DNA of 32,000 nt from Gammaproteobacteria bacterium (GTDB lineage Bacteria; Pseudomonadota; Gammaproteobacteria; GRL18): the NCBI GenBank assembly GCA_963681975.1, contig OY820613.1:1510434-1542433 (forward strand). Reading direction: 5' to 3'. A program made the position numbers and the translations under genes. Below the pieces are notes generated by a model. It had not been told where the DNA came from. It worked only from the letters and a program-made list of their open reading frames with translations, and did no database searches. Position 1 is the first letter of the stretch, and every line of letters begins with the position of its first letter. Positions 18,122 through 28,570 of this stretch are shown one piece after another.

Positions 18122-19280
18122 GTTCAACCTGAATAATATCGTTTTAAGCCTGACATCAAGCCAGGTTTAAAGCGTCTGATTGTTCTGGTTTGATAAAAGA
18201 CCCCATCAAACCTGAAATAATTTTGAGCCACAAAAGCCGGAGCTTATTGAGGATCTTTCTTAAGTTATGTCCAGCGGCTACCATAACCACATTAATGGCA
18301 TCACCGACTGCGCCTTTGAGGTAGCAGCGTTCTAAACGACCATCATTTTTCATATGACCGATTTCAGGCTCAATCGCACTGCGCCGTTTTAATGCCTTTT
18401 TAATACTTCGGGTAACGCCTCGCTTCTGACCTGAGATAAAAACTTTAGTGTCTTTTACTTCATGTCCATGATAACCCCGGTCAACAAAGCATTGTTCCGG
18501 CTGTACGGCTGTAAACTGTTTTATCTGTTCCAGTTGTGGCAGTAGAGTGTGTCCATCATAAGGATTGCCCGGACAGCTTTGAGCACCAATAACAAAGCCT
18601 TCCTTGTTGGTTACCGCGATACTGGCTTTAACACCAAATTCATAAGGCTTATGAGCTTTGCCTTTACTGATACACTCAACTTCCGGGGTATGTAAACTGT
18701 AAAGCTTGTTCTTACTGTGCTGCTCCTGCTCAATCAGTTTCTGAGCCTGTTTTAGAGCTACTTCAAACAGAGACTGAATATCAACAGAATAGTTGGGCAG
18801 TTGTCGTTCAATATCCCGTTTAACACGACCTAAACGGGATTTCAGTTTATTGTTCATTTTCTTCATGCGTTTAAACTGTTTTGCATGTGCATAACGACTG
18901 GCCATTAGTACATATTGCGGCCCAACCCGATTATAGTTCTGGCGCAGTTTAATACCGTGCTCTTTGGACAGTTTAACCAGGTTTTCTCTGGCTTTGTTCA
19001 GGAGCTTTGAATCGGTTGGAAAAGCGATGTTCTTTTCCTGTACGGTAGTATCTACCGTGACTTTCTTTAAACTGCCGGGCTTTATGGTTTTACTCTTTAG
19101 TCCGGCTTTAATGGTTTCAATCAGTAATTTTTCACTGCCTGATTTACCCGGCCGGTTACGCCATTTGGTCATGGTCACAGGGTGTATAGGCATTTTATGC
19201 TGAAAGTATTCTTCACCACAGAAATACTGCCAGTACGGATTTTCTGTCCAGCCTTTTACTACCTGTTCATCCGATAAATC
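18122..19280 (-). mobile_element. IS5-family element, copy B, 3' portion (interrupted by copy C)
   Basis: This part carries the left end gttcaacctgaataa and the C-terminal 376 codons of the transposase. It breaks at ..ccgataaatc. Confidence 0.9.
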
Positions 19281-20778
19281 GTTCAACCTGAATAATACCG
19301 TTTTAAGCCTGACCTCAAGCCAGGTTTAAAGCAGCAGATTGCTCCGGTTTGATAAAACACCCCATCAAACCGGAAATAATTTTGAGCCACAAAAGCCGGA
19401 GCTTATTGAGGATCTTTCTTAAGTTATGACCAGCGGCTACCATAACCACATTAATGGCATCACCGACTGCACCTTTCAGATAGCAGCGGTCTAAACGGCC
19501 ATCGTTTTTCATATGACCAATTTCAGGCTCAATCGCACTGCGCCGTTTTAATGCCTTTTTAATACTTCGGGTAACGCCTCGTTTCTGACCTGAGATAAAA
19601 ACTTTCGTGTCTTTTACTTCATGTCCACGATAACCCCGGTCAACAAAGCACTGTTCCGGTTGTACTGCTGTAAACTGTTTTATCTGCTCCAGTTGTGGTA
19701 ACAAGGTATGTCCATCATAAGGATTTCCTGGACAACTTTGAGCCCCAATAACAAAGCCTTCCTTGTTGGTCACAGCGATACTGGCTTTAACCCCAAATTC
19801 ATAAGGCTTATGAGCTTTGCCTTTACTGACACACTCGACTTCCGGGGCGTGTAAACTGTAAAGCTTGTTCTTACTGTGCTGCTCCTGCTCTATCAGTTTC
19901 TGTGCCTGTTCCAGAACCACTTCAAACAGTGACTGAATATCAACAGAATAATTGGGCAGTTGTCGTTCAATATCCCTTTTAACGCGACCTAAACGGGATT
20001 TCAGTTTATTATTCATTTTCTTCATGCGTTTAAACTGTTTTGCATGAGCATAACGACTGGCCATTAATACATATTGAGGTCCAATCCGATTATAATTCTG
20101 GCGCAGTTTAATACCGTGCTCTTTGGACAGTTTAACCAGGTTTTCTCTGGCTTTGTTCAGGAGCTTTGAATCGGTTGGAAAAGCGATGTTCTTTTCCTGT
20201 ACGGTAGTATCTACCGTGACTTTCTTTAAACTGCCGGGCTTTATGGTTTTACTCTTTAGTCCGGCCTTAATGGTTTCAATCAGTAATTTTTCACTGCCTG
20301 ACTTACCCAGCCGGTTACGCCATTTGGTCATGGTCGTAGGGTGTATAGGCATCTTATGCTGAAAGTATTCTTCTCCACAAAAACATTGCCAGTACGGATT
20401 TTCTGTCCAGCTTTTTACTACCTGTTCATCCGATAAATCATGCAGATGTTTCAGGTAATGCAATCCTGCAATCAGGCGAGTGCGTATAGCAGGAGCGCCT
20501 TTAGTGGATATAAACAGGGCTCCCCATTCTTTATCAAGACTTTCCCAGTTTATGTGTTTTGATAACTTAATCAACTCATGATTTAAGTCCAGCATGTTTT
20601 CAAGACGCATCCTGAACAGGTCTTCCTGAGGTATTTTTGGCTGTTTCTCTGGCTTCATTTTGGTATGGAAATTTGCAAGGTAATAAGGCTTATTTTACCA
20701 AAAACTTGCAAATTTAACACCCATAATCAAGCAATATTTCTTTATAAATCAATGCTATATGTTTTATTCAGGGTGGAC
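19281..20778 (-). mobile_element. IS5-family element, copy C, inserted inside copy B
   Basis: The element has complete ends. It is flanked by TAAATC (19275-19280 and 20779-20784), which is single-copy at the equivalent site of copies A and E. Confidence 0.9.
19315..20658 (-). CDS. IS5-family DDE transposase, intact 447 aa
   Basis: The ORF is full length and contains ..VTVDTTVQEKNIAFPTDSKLL..DRGY(R/H)GH... Confidence 0.9.
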   Translation of the reverse strand: MKPEKQPKIPQEDLFRMRLENMLDLNHELIKLSKHINWESLDKEWGALFISTKGAPAIRTRLIAGLHYLKHLHDLSDEQVVKSWTENPYWQCFCGEEYFQHKMPIHPTTMTKWRNRLGKSGSEKLLIETIKAGLKSKTIKPGSLKKVTVDTTVQEKNIAFPTDSKLLNKARENLVKLSKEHGIKLRQNYNRIGPQYVLMASRYAHAKQFKRMKKMNNKLKSRLGRVKRDIERQLPNYSVDIQSLFEVVLEQAQKLIEQEQHSKNKLYSLHAPEVECVSKGKAHKPYEFGVKASIAVTNKEGFVIGAQSCPGNPYDGHTLLPQLEQIKQFTAVQPEQCFVDRGYRGHEVKDTKVFISGQKRGVTRSIKKALKRRSAIEPEIGHMKNDGRLDRCYLKGAVGDAINVVMVAAGHNLRKILNKLRLLWLKIISGLMGCFIKPEQSAALNLA

Positions 20779-21123
20779 TAAATCATGCAGGTGTTTCAGG
20801 TAATGCAATCCTGCAATCAATCGAGTGCGTATGGCAGGAGCACCTTTAGTGGATACAAACAGAGCGCCCCATTCTTTATCAGGACTTTCCCAATCTATGT
20901 GTTTTGATAACTTAATCAACTCATGGTTTATGTCCAGCATGTTTTCAAGGCGCATCCTGAACAGGTCTTCCTGAGGTATTTTTGGCTGTTTCTTTGGCTT
21001 CATTTTGGTCTGGAAATTTGCAAGGTAATAAGGCTTATTTTACCAAAAACCTGCAAATTTAACACCCATAATCAAGAAATATTTCTTTATAAATCAATGC
21101 TATATGTTTTATTCAGGGCAGAC
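20779..21123 (-). mobile_element. IS5-family element, copy B, 5' portion
   Basis: Copy B resumes at ..atgcaggtgtttcagg after the duplicated TAAATC. This part carries the first 79 codons and the right end ttattcagggcagac. Confidence 0.9.
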
Positions 21124-21519
21124 TAAATAGAGTTTAAACTCTGCCGATATCCATGAAGCAAATTCAAAGGCAATATCCTTATGGGCATAAGTGCCGCCAT
21201 AGCGTCCAGACTTAGAAACAATACCAATTGCATTAGTGAGCTTGTTCCATTTGGTCGGGGTCATCACAAAAGCATTACTACCGGCTTCATTTTTAACCGC
21301 CTCGAATTCGACACGGTTAAAATCGGGGTTATTTAAATGCTCCCATATACCGAGAAACTCGATGGTAAAACGGGTACGCATCCAGTTTTGAATAATGAAT
21401 CTCGGGTCATCAGGGTTCTTATGTTTGGCAATATCAGTCAGAGAAATATAGTCTTCCTTTAATATTTTCTGAACCCGAACAGCTTCATTCAGAACCTTGA
21501 TCTCTTTATTTTTACTCAT
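21109..21519 (-). CDS. KilA-N domain protein whose C-terminal end is formed by the IS5 copy B junction
   Basis: ..DYISLTDIAKHKNPDDPRFIIQNWMRTRFTIEFLGIWEHLNNPDF...GRYGGTYAHKDIAFEFASWISAEFKLYL is a typical KilA-N domain. The last 4 codons (VCPE) are IS-derived. The start overlaps the DUF4391 gene by 8 nt. Confidence 0.85.
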   Translation of the reverse strand: MSKNKEIKVLNEAVRVQKILKEDYISLTDIAKHKNPDDPRFIIQNWMRTRFTIEFLGIWEHLNNPDFNRVEFEAVKNEAGSNAFVMTPTKWNKLTNAIGIVSKSGRYGGTYAHKDIAFEFASWISAEFKLYLVCPE

Positions 21520-22177
21520 CTTTCAGACTCCTTATTTCACTTCTAAGCTCATTCAGCATCCGGTTAAGCTCCACACGCCTGTTAAATTGCTTCTCTTTTT
21601 TTATGCGGTTCTCCAGCTTAACGGCGTCCCGCTCCTTGACGCGTAATTGATCCACCCTTGATACCAAACTGTCCAGGGATTCGCCTTTTCTAAAGCTCAA
21701 TGGACTAAGGCTCTTCAAGAACGACTGATAGAGCGCTCCCATATTCAAAACAACCGGAAGCTCGATCTTTTCAGTATCATCGTTCATCCATTCTGATTGA
21801 AAATAGCTGCTGACCACCCATTTACTTTTGTCTGCTTCACTTGGCCGCTTGTAGGCTGCTGCATAGCGATATTTCCCGTTATAGCTCAGCACAAATAGAA
21901 TGGGTGAAGGAATAGCCTTATCTATAGTTTGCAAAACCTCAAAGGACAATTCACCGATTCTTAAACTGACAGTAAAAACCTGAATTTCCTGTACACCGTC
22001 GCTGGCAGGCAGATTAATTGTTGCCGGAGACAGCTTGTAGGCCCAGGTTATCTTTTCAACTTGTTCGACAAAAAGATCTTTCACCTTGGATGTCGGCACG
22101 GCGTGTTCATATATTTTACTTTTAGCAAGCATCCTTCTGAACGCAGCAGCTTTTGGGAATTTGTACAGTACACTCAT
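21512..22177 (-). CDS. DUF4391-like protein
   Basis: This is a 221-aa intact ORF. The pattern ..KITWAYKLSPATINLPASDGVQEIQVFTVSL..VLQTIDKAIPSPILFVL..YRYAAAYKRP matches my recollection of DUF4391. A C-terminal coiled coil follows. The start overlaps the helicase stop (ATGA). Confidence 0.7.
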   Translation of the reverse strand: MSVLYKFPKAAAFRRMLAKSKIYEHAVPTSKVKDLFVEQVEKITWAYKLSPATINLPASDGVQEIQVFTVSLRIGELSFEVLQTIDKAIPSPILFVLSYNGKYRYAAAYKRPSEADKSKWVVSSYFQSEWMNDDTEKIELPVVLNMGALYQSFLKSLSPLSFRKGESLDSLVSRVDQLRVKERDAVKLENRIKKEKQFNRRVELNRMLNELRSEIRSLKDE

Positions 22178-25015
22178 ATCACTTCCTCCTGTACAACGAG
22201 GAAGGCGATCAATTCAAAATCATCCAGACCTTTAATCGTATCAACAAGAGCTGTTGTGTTCACCCCGGAAAAGAGGCTGTCTATATCTTTATCTTCTTTC
22301 ACCTCAACCATGGAGCGGATAGCTTGCCCCAAGAGATCAGAATATTTTGTCATATCCCGCCCATCGCGAGTTTGGGTGTTAAACAGTCTACAAACGGAGG
22401 ATATTGGGTTGCTTAACCCCTTACAGCTGTTTCTGACCAGATCCAACAGTGGCTTTACCTGCGTATGGTCTGTGATAACTTCACCGTCACTGCCGATATA
22501 AATAAGATAATAGGGGTGCAACCGGTTGTGCTGATTGATATTAACGCTCGAATTACGGTTGCGAAGGGTAAAGATAACGCCAGGTTCAAGTCCTATCTCC
22601 GGTTTGGGTGGCACGACTGCATGCAGACCACTTGGCAGATGCCCTAAATCACCATGTGTAACCCAGCAGATCCATTCGAAAGTCATTTAAACCCAGATCA
22701 GTAATATTGACTCCTGTTTTTAAATCTTCCAGTTCTATCACCTCTTCCTGCAAACGGCGGAGCTGTTCTTTACGATAGGTCACATCATTCGCCTTTGCGG
22801 ATAGAACATTGTCATCCCCCGTGCCGGTCAGATCCACAATGTGCATCCGGTTTTCGACTCGTTCTTTCAAATTGATATATTCATCCAGAGAGATGTCAGG
22901 CCAGTAGTTGACCAGCTGGATGGAGTCGCTGGATGAGCCAATACGGTCGATGCGGCCAAAACGCTGAATAATGCGAACCGGATTCCAGTGAATGTCATAA
23001 TTGATAAGATAATCACAATCCTGCAGGTTTTGCCCTTCAGATATACAGTCAGTCCCAATAAGCACATCAATTTCGCCTGGTTCATTGGGAAAAATGAGAG
23101 CCTTTTCTTTTGAAACAGGAGAGAACAGGGTCAAGATAGACTGAAAATCATAGCCCTGCTTATGGGATAGACTCAAAGTGGTCTTTGGTGCATCTTTGCC
23201 TGTAATACGCCCTGTTTGAATGCCTCTTGACAATAACTCCTCGGCCAGATTTGCATAAAGATAATTGGCAGTATCTGCAAAAGCGGTGAAGATGATGACT
23301 TTTTTGTTGCCGGGATTTATCGGATTTTTGATTTTTTCCAATATATGTCTTTTGAGGTGCTGAAGCTTTGAATCATCTGGTGGACTCACTTTTTTCATTT
23401 CAGCCAGAAGATCGGTAATTATCAAAAGATCTGTTTTCAGGTCATGCTACCATGATAGCAAATCCATATCTGCCAGGCTCACCTGAACCTTGCCGCCGAT
23501 CATGAAGTCGCTAAGACCAGTAAAATCGTCATCTTCAGCCTCAAGATTCGAAAGAGAATCAGCCAAGTCATGAATAGAAAAATCTGATCCTGACTGTTTG
23601 AATTGTTCTATTTTCTCAAGCATATTATTATGATTTTCTTCAAGAGCACCCAGAGTTAATCTGAAAGACTCAACTGAACTTTCAAGGCGCTTGAGCAGGT
23701 TGGTTGTCATTAACGACTGAAGGCTTTTTTCTCGATCTGTCTGTTTGAGTTTGCCTTTACCGCCTTCTACGGATGTATCATAGAGCTCTTCATATTTTTT
23801 GAGTCGGCTTGGCAGAATATAACTGACCGGCGCATAGACGGAGAGTTTCAGGAGTGTTAGTTGTGCATAAATATTATTGAAACTCATTACATCAGGACGC
23901 TCTGTCAATGGGCAACGAAATGAAAGTGGTTTTCTTCTTACTGGAAACTTTCCAATATCCGTTGTGTCGTAAAATGTTTCAATGTGCTTTCTGGAGCGGG
24001 CTATAGTCACACTGTCCAGCAACTCAAAGAAATCAAAATCAAGAGCATCCAATATGGATTTAGCAGTACGTTTTTCCGGAGGCAATTTGGACCATGAATT
24101 AAAAACAGTTTGAGCTCGTCTGAATATTTCCTCTACACTTCTTTCGGTGCGAAGTTTTTGGCTCAAGTTTTCTGGTTCGCCCTCGTAGGCAAGTGCAAGC
24201 TGATTTCTAAGATCATTAAACCTGTTGTTTACCGGAGTGGCAGAAAGCATTAAGACCTTTGTTTTTACGCCATCCCTAATGACCGTATTCATCAACTTCT
24301 TGTATCGGGTCTCTTTATCTTTGTAGGCATCGTTATTTCGGAAGTTGTGTGATTCATCTATAACAACAAGGTCTTAGTTACCCCAGTTGATTTTTTGCAA
24401 GTCTATTCCTGATGAAAATCCGGACTCTCTCGAAAGATCAGTGTGGAATAACAGATCATAATTAAGCCGATCCTTTGCCAGGATATTCGTCTTATAATTA
24501 CTCCGATAGGTTTGCCAATTGTTCTCTAATTTTTTTGGACACAGTACAAGCACTGAGCGATTGCGGAGTTCATAGTATTTAATGACTGCCAGGGCAGTAA
24601 AGGTTTTACCCAGGCCTACGCTGTCAGCGAGAATACAGCCGTTATAGCTTTCCAGTTTATTGATAATTCCTGTTGCGGCATCCAGCTGAAAATTAAACAG
24701 CTTATTCCACACGATGCTATTCTTGTAGCCGGTCAGATCGTTGGGGAGCACGTCTTCATTCAGATCTTCAAGAAACTCGTTGAAAATATTGTACAACATC
24801 AGGAAATATATTTTTTCCGGTGAATTTTCCTGATAAATGGATTTAAACTCACCACCCATTCGGTATTTATTTCTCAAGGCATGAATATCAGCCTTCATCT
24901 GGTCTCGGTTCTTAGATGGCAACCATAAACCGCCAATAACCATATACTGGGCAGTCGAGTGTTGTGAACACAATAAATCAGGGCGGCTTTCATCACAATA
25001 GACCTCGAATTTCAT
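22174..25015 (-). pseudogene. SNF2-family helicase (about 945 codons) with two nonsense codons and one frameshift
   Basis: The helicase motifs are present: ILADSVGLGKTFTA (I), DLVVIDESHNFRN (II), LMLSATPVNNRFNDL (III) and LIGTDCISEGQNLQDCDYLINYDIHWNPVRIIQRFGRIDRIGS (V-VI). There is an in-frame TAA at 24374-24376 (NWGN*DLVVIDESH), an in-frame TAG at 23447-23449 (LLSW*HDL) and a frame change around 22650-22686. GGAG lies upstream of the ATG at 25015. Confidence 0.9.
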
Positions 25016-25126
25016 AGTATGGTCTCCATTTCCAGGTATCCTGGGCACCAGTGTGGACAGAGGTTTTTGAGTTCCTCTTCATTCATACATCTTCATCCTT
25101 AAAAGAGTTCCCCCATACGTTTTTTG

Positions 25127-25322
25127 GTAAGCCATATGGTTTCATTGTATACGTCAAAACTTCCCACATTGACAGATCATGCTACTTTATTTAAAGGCTG
25201 AATTTTTTCAGTTAAATTCCATGGCATGAAGTGCTCTAATGCTTCCTCATCATAATGCCTGCCAAGCTTGGGCAGTTCAGTCAGTATGTACGTCAAAAAA
25301 GCGAAGGGTTGCAACCAGACTG
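25127..25322 (-). mobile_element. IS66-family 3' fragment (transposase C-terminus plus terminal repeat)
   Basis: The minus-strand translation QPFAFLTYILTELPKLGRHYDEEALEHFMPWNL matches the conserved IS66 TnpC C-terminus. The element end GTAAGCC starts at 25127. Confidence 0.65.
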
Positions 25323-25348
25323 AAATAAAAAAAAGAACAAATACATAT

Positions 25349-25391
25349 TATACACACCAAGCATTGATAATATTTAGCTTGTGTGTATAAT
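25349..25391 (+). promoter_or_regulatory. hicAB promoter with an overlapping inverted-repeat operator
   Basis: TTGATA lies at 25364-25369 and TATAAT at 25386-25391, with a 16-nt spacer. The inverted repeat tatacacaccaagc (25349-25362) / gcttgtgtgtata (25377-25389) brackets the -35 and overlaps the -10. Confidence 0.55.
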
Positions 25392-25420
25392 GCGCATTGT
25401 GCAAGAAAAAAGGAGGTAAA

Positions 25421-25600
25421 TTGAAAAGTTCAGACCTGATCAAGATGATTAAATCAGACGGATGGTACGAAATTAGGATAAAAGGCAGTCATCATCATTT
25501 TAGACATGACAAAAAGCCAGGGTTAGTAACCATACCACACCCAAAAAAAGACCTGCCATCTGGAACAGTAAAAAGCATCTTAAAACAAGCAGGCCTTTAG
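25421..25600 (+). CDS. hicA: HicA mRNA-interferase toxin
   Basis: LKSSDLIKMIKSDGWYEIRIKGSHHHFRHDKKPGLVTIPHPKKDLPSGTVKSILKQAGL is a canonical HicA fold sequence. AGGAGG precedes the TTG at 25421. The track ORF starts at an upstream TTG at 25397. Confidence 0.9.
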   Translation: MKSSDLIKMIKSDGWYEIRIKGSHHHFRHDKKPGLVTIPHPKKDLPSGTVKSILKQAGL

Positions 25601-25659
25601 GGGTCGGCACTTAGGTCGTTTTTAATTTACAACCATAATAGAGAAGAGAGGAACATACA

Positions 25660-26064
25660 ATGGAATATCCCATTGCCATTCATCATGAAAAAGATACCGC
25701 GTTTGGTGTCACTGTGCCTGATATACCTGGGTGTTTTTCTGCTGGAGATACCATGACAGAAGCACTGCATAATGCAAAAGAAGCCATCAACAGCCATTTA
25801 GAAATACTGGCCGAAGACGGTGAGGAAATTCCACAAACAAAATCTGTTGATCATTATATGGGTTTAGATGAGTATGCAGATTGCATCTGGGCAATCGTTG
25901 ACGTGGACATAACGCCATACCTGGGTAAAACCGTTAGAGTCAATATTACCCTGCCGGAAACTGTATTAAACCAAATTGATGATTTTGTTGCAAAAAACCC
26001 TGATTACACATCAAGATCCGCTTTTTTATCTCAGGTGTCATTAAAAGAAATAAGAGCTGCCTAA
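25660..26064 (+). CDS. hicB: HicB antitoxin with a C-terminal RHH
   Basis: The N-terminal domain is MEYPIAIHHEKDTAFGVTVPDIPGCFSAGDTMTEALHNAKEAINSHLE. The C-terminal VRVNITLPETVLNQIDDFV is RHH-like. Confidence 0.9.
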   Translation: MEYPIAIHHEKDTAFGVTVPDIPGCFSAGDTMTEALHNAKEAINSHLEILAEDGEEIPQTKSVDHYMGLDEYADCIWAIVDVDITPYLGKTVRVNITLPETVLNQIDDFVAKNPDYTSRSAFLSQVSLKEIRAA

Positions 26065-26292
26065 TGAAATCTCCCTCTATGACCAGGCTAACTGGGTACC
26101 GACGACATGACGGTTACTAAAGATTTGAAAAGACAAAAAGTAGTTTTTGACAAAAAAGAATGGATGCAGCTCTAAAAAGCCACCGTGTGGCCATGCCTCC
26201 AGGTCTTACTCGTGAAGAAAAAAAAAGCTTTTATTCTTTTCCAAGCTTAACGGAATCTAAAGGAATATTACTTTTCATCGGCCATCATTTCT

Positions 26293-26760
26293 TCAACGTA
26301 ATAACAATGGCAGAGGCGTATTACAGCCAAAACACTTAACAATCGCAGCCAGTGCTACCCGGCATTGCCCTCTGACATACCGGGACAGATTGGTTTTATT
26401 ACCATGCTGGTGGTGTATCTGACTCATGGGTGCCTTTTTGGAATGACGCAGCACGATAGAGTCATCTATGGCCAGATAAACCGGATTATCCCCAAACAGC
26501 TTTAGAAACAGGGCAGTCCACTGTCTCATCAGTTTAAGATAAGACCACTGACCGGTTTCAAGCCATTTATAATAACCGGGCCATTGTCTGGCCATGTCCA
26601 GTATCCAGATAGCACTGGTTACAAACCCTGATTGAGTTAATAAACCGCCCATTAGTAACTCAATAAAGGTTTTTGCGCTCCTAAGGGGTAGCGCTTGGGT
26701 TAAAAATGTTATGTAATAAAACAGTTCACTGGGGATATTGCTGTATCCTTTGGTGTGCAT
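26293..26760 (-). pseudogene. IS701/IS4-like transposase, N-terminal fragment
   Basis: ..LAIDDSIVLRHSKKAPMSQIHHQHGNKTNLSRYVRGQCRVALAAIV fits the first-Asp region of IS701/IS4-type DDE transposases. The rest of the gene is missing. Confidence 0.6.
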
Positions 26761-26789
26761 TGCGGCCTACAGAAGTTTGTCCCCTTAAC

Positions 26790-26879
26790 TCAGGCCATTT
26801 AAAGTTGTACTGAGCAAAGGCACAGGATATAAAACGACAATATATCCAGCCGTGTAATCCACAATAAAATGCTTATGTA
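26790..26879 (+). pseudogene. IS3-family OrfB segment upstream of the IS5 copy E insertion
   Basis: The reading ..(W->*)AKAQDIKRQYIQPCNPQ(*)NAY continues across the IS5 element as VERFNRT.. at 28385. It contains TGA and TAA substitutions. Confidence 0.5.
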
Positions 26880-28378
26880 GTTCAACCTGAATAATACCGT
26901 TTTAAGCCTGACATCAAGCCAGGTTTAAAGCAGCTGATTGCCCCGGTTTGATAAAAGACCCCATCAAACCGGAAATAATTTTGAGCCACAAAAGCCGGAG
27001 CTTATTGAGGATCTTTCTTAAGTTATGTCCAGCGACTACCATAACCACATTAATGGCATCACCGACTGCACCTTTGAGGTAGCAGCGATCTAAACGGCCA
27101 TCGTTTTTCATATGACCGATTTCAGGCTCAATCGCACTGCGCCGTTTTAATGCCTTTTTAATACTTCGGGTAACGCCTCGCTTCTGACCTGAGATAAAAA
27201 CTTTAGTGTCTTTTACTTCATGTCCACGATAACCCCGGTCAACAAAGCACTGTTCCGGTTGTACGGCTGTAAACTGTTTTATCTGTTCCAGTTGTGGCAG
27301 CAAGGTATGTCCATCATAAGGATTGCCCGGACAACTTTGAGCACCAATAACAAAGCCTTCCTTGTTAGTTACCGCGATACTGGTTTTAACTCCAAATTCA
27401 TAAGGCTTATGAGCTTTGCCTTTACTGATACACTCGACTTCAGGAGCATGTAAACTGTAAAGCTTGTTCTTACTGTGCTGCTCCTGCTCAATTAGTTTCT
27501 GAGCCTGTTTTAGAGCTACTTCAAACAGAGACTGAATATCAACAGAATAGTTGGGCAGTTGTCGTTCAATATCCCGTTTAACACGACCTAAACGGGATTT
27601 CAGTTTATTGTTCATTTTCTTCATGCGTTTAAACTGTTTTGCATAAGCATAACGACTGGCCATTAGTACATATTGCGGCCCAACCCGATTATAGTTCTGG
27701 CACAGTTTAATACCGTGCTCTTTGGACAGTTTAACCAGGTTTTCTCTGGCTTTGTTCAGGAGCTTTGAATCTGTTGGAAAAGCGATGTTCTTTTCCTGTA
27801 CGGTAGTATCTACCGTGACTTTCTTTAAACTACCGGGCTTTATGGTTTTACTCTTTAGTCCGGCTTTAATGGTTTCAATCAGTAATTTTTCACTGCCTGA
27901 TTTACCCGGCCGGTTACGCCATTTGGTCATGGTCGTAGGGTGTATAGGCATTTTATGCTGAAAGTATTCTTCACCACAGAAATACTGCCAGTACGGATTT
28001 TCTGTCCAGCCTTTTACTACCTGTTCATCCGATAAATCATGCAGGTGTTTCAGGTAATGCAATCCTGCAATCAATCGAGTGCGTATGGCAGGAGCACCTT
28101 TAGTGGATACAAACAGAGCACCCCATTCTTTATCAGGACTTTCCCGGTCTATGTGTTTTGATAACTTAATCAACTCATGGTTTATGTCCAGCATGTTTTC
28201 AGGGCGCATCCTGAACAGGTCTTCCTGAGGTATTTTTGGCTGTTTCTCTGGCTTCATTCTGGTCTGGAAATTTGCAAGGTAATAAGGCTTATTTTACCAA
28301 ATAACCTGCAAATTTAAAACCCACAATCAAGCAATATTTCTTTATAAATCAATGTTATATGTTTTATTCAGGGTGGAC
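26880..28378 (-). mobile_element. IS5-family element, copy E (1499 bp), inserted in an IS3 transposase gene
   Basis: The element has complete ends. TATGTA lies on both flanks (26874-26879 and 28379-28384). Confidence 0.9.
26914..28257 (-). CDS. IS5-family DDE transposase, intact 447 aa
   Basis: This is a full-length ORF near-identical to copy C. Confidence 0.9.
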   Translation of the reverse strand: MKPEKQPKIPQEDLFRMRPENMLDINHELIKLSKHIDRESPDKEWGALFVSTKGAPAIRTRLIAGLHYLKHLHDLSDEQVVKGWTENPYWQYFCGEEYFQHKMPIHPTTMTKWRNRPGKSGSEKLLIETIKAGLKSKTIKPGSLKKVTVDTTVQEKNIAFPTDSKLLNKARENLVKLSKEHGIKLCQNYNRVGPQYVLMASRYAYAKQFKRMKKMNNKLKSRLGRVKRDIERQLPNYSVDIQSLFEVALKQAQKLIEQEQHSKNKLYSLHAPEVECISKGKAHKPYEFGVKTSIAVTNKEGFVIGAQSCPGNPYDGHTLLPQLEQIKQFTAVQPEQCFVDRGYRGHEVKDTKVFISGQKRGVTRSIKKALKRRSAIEPEIGHMKNDGRLDRCYLKGAVGDAINVVMVVAGHNLRKILNKLRLLWLKIISGLMGSFIKPGQSAALNLA

Positions 28379-28555
28379 TATGTAGAGCGGTTTAATCGAA
28401 CGGTACGCCATGAATGGTTAAATCAGTTTTTATTTAATTCTATAGAGCATGCACAGGAAACAGCAACATGCTGGAAATGGAGTTATAATAATGAACGACC
28501 CCATACGGCTATCGGTGGAGTACCACCCAGGCAAAAATTGGTTTTAGCCTGTTAG
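28379..28555 (+). pseudogene. IS3-family OrfB C-terminal fragment
   Basis: YVERFNRTVRHEWLNQFLFNSIEHAQETATCWKWSYNNERPHTAIGGVPP is the C-terminal end of an rve-type integrase core. Confidence 0.8.
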
Positions 28556-28570
28556 AAAACAATTTAAACC

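Noticed and set aside
26104-26340. Possible frameshifted small gene downstream of hicB (MTVTKDLKRQKVVFDKKEW / DAALKSHRVAMPPGLTREEKKSFY..)
   Set aside because: It needs a frameshift to read through, has no recognisable family, and its distal part is antisense to the IS701-like transposase fragment. It is too weak to call.
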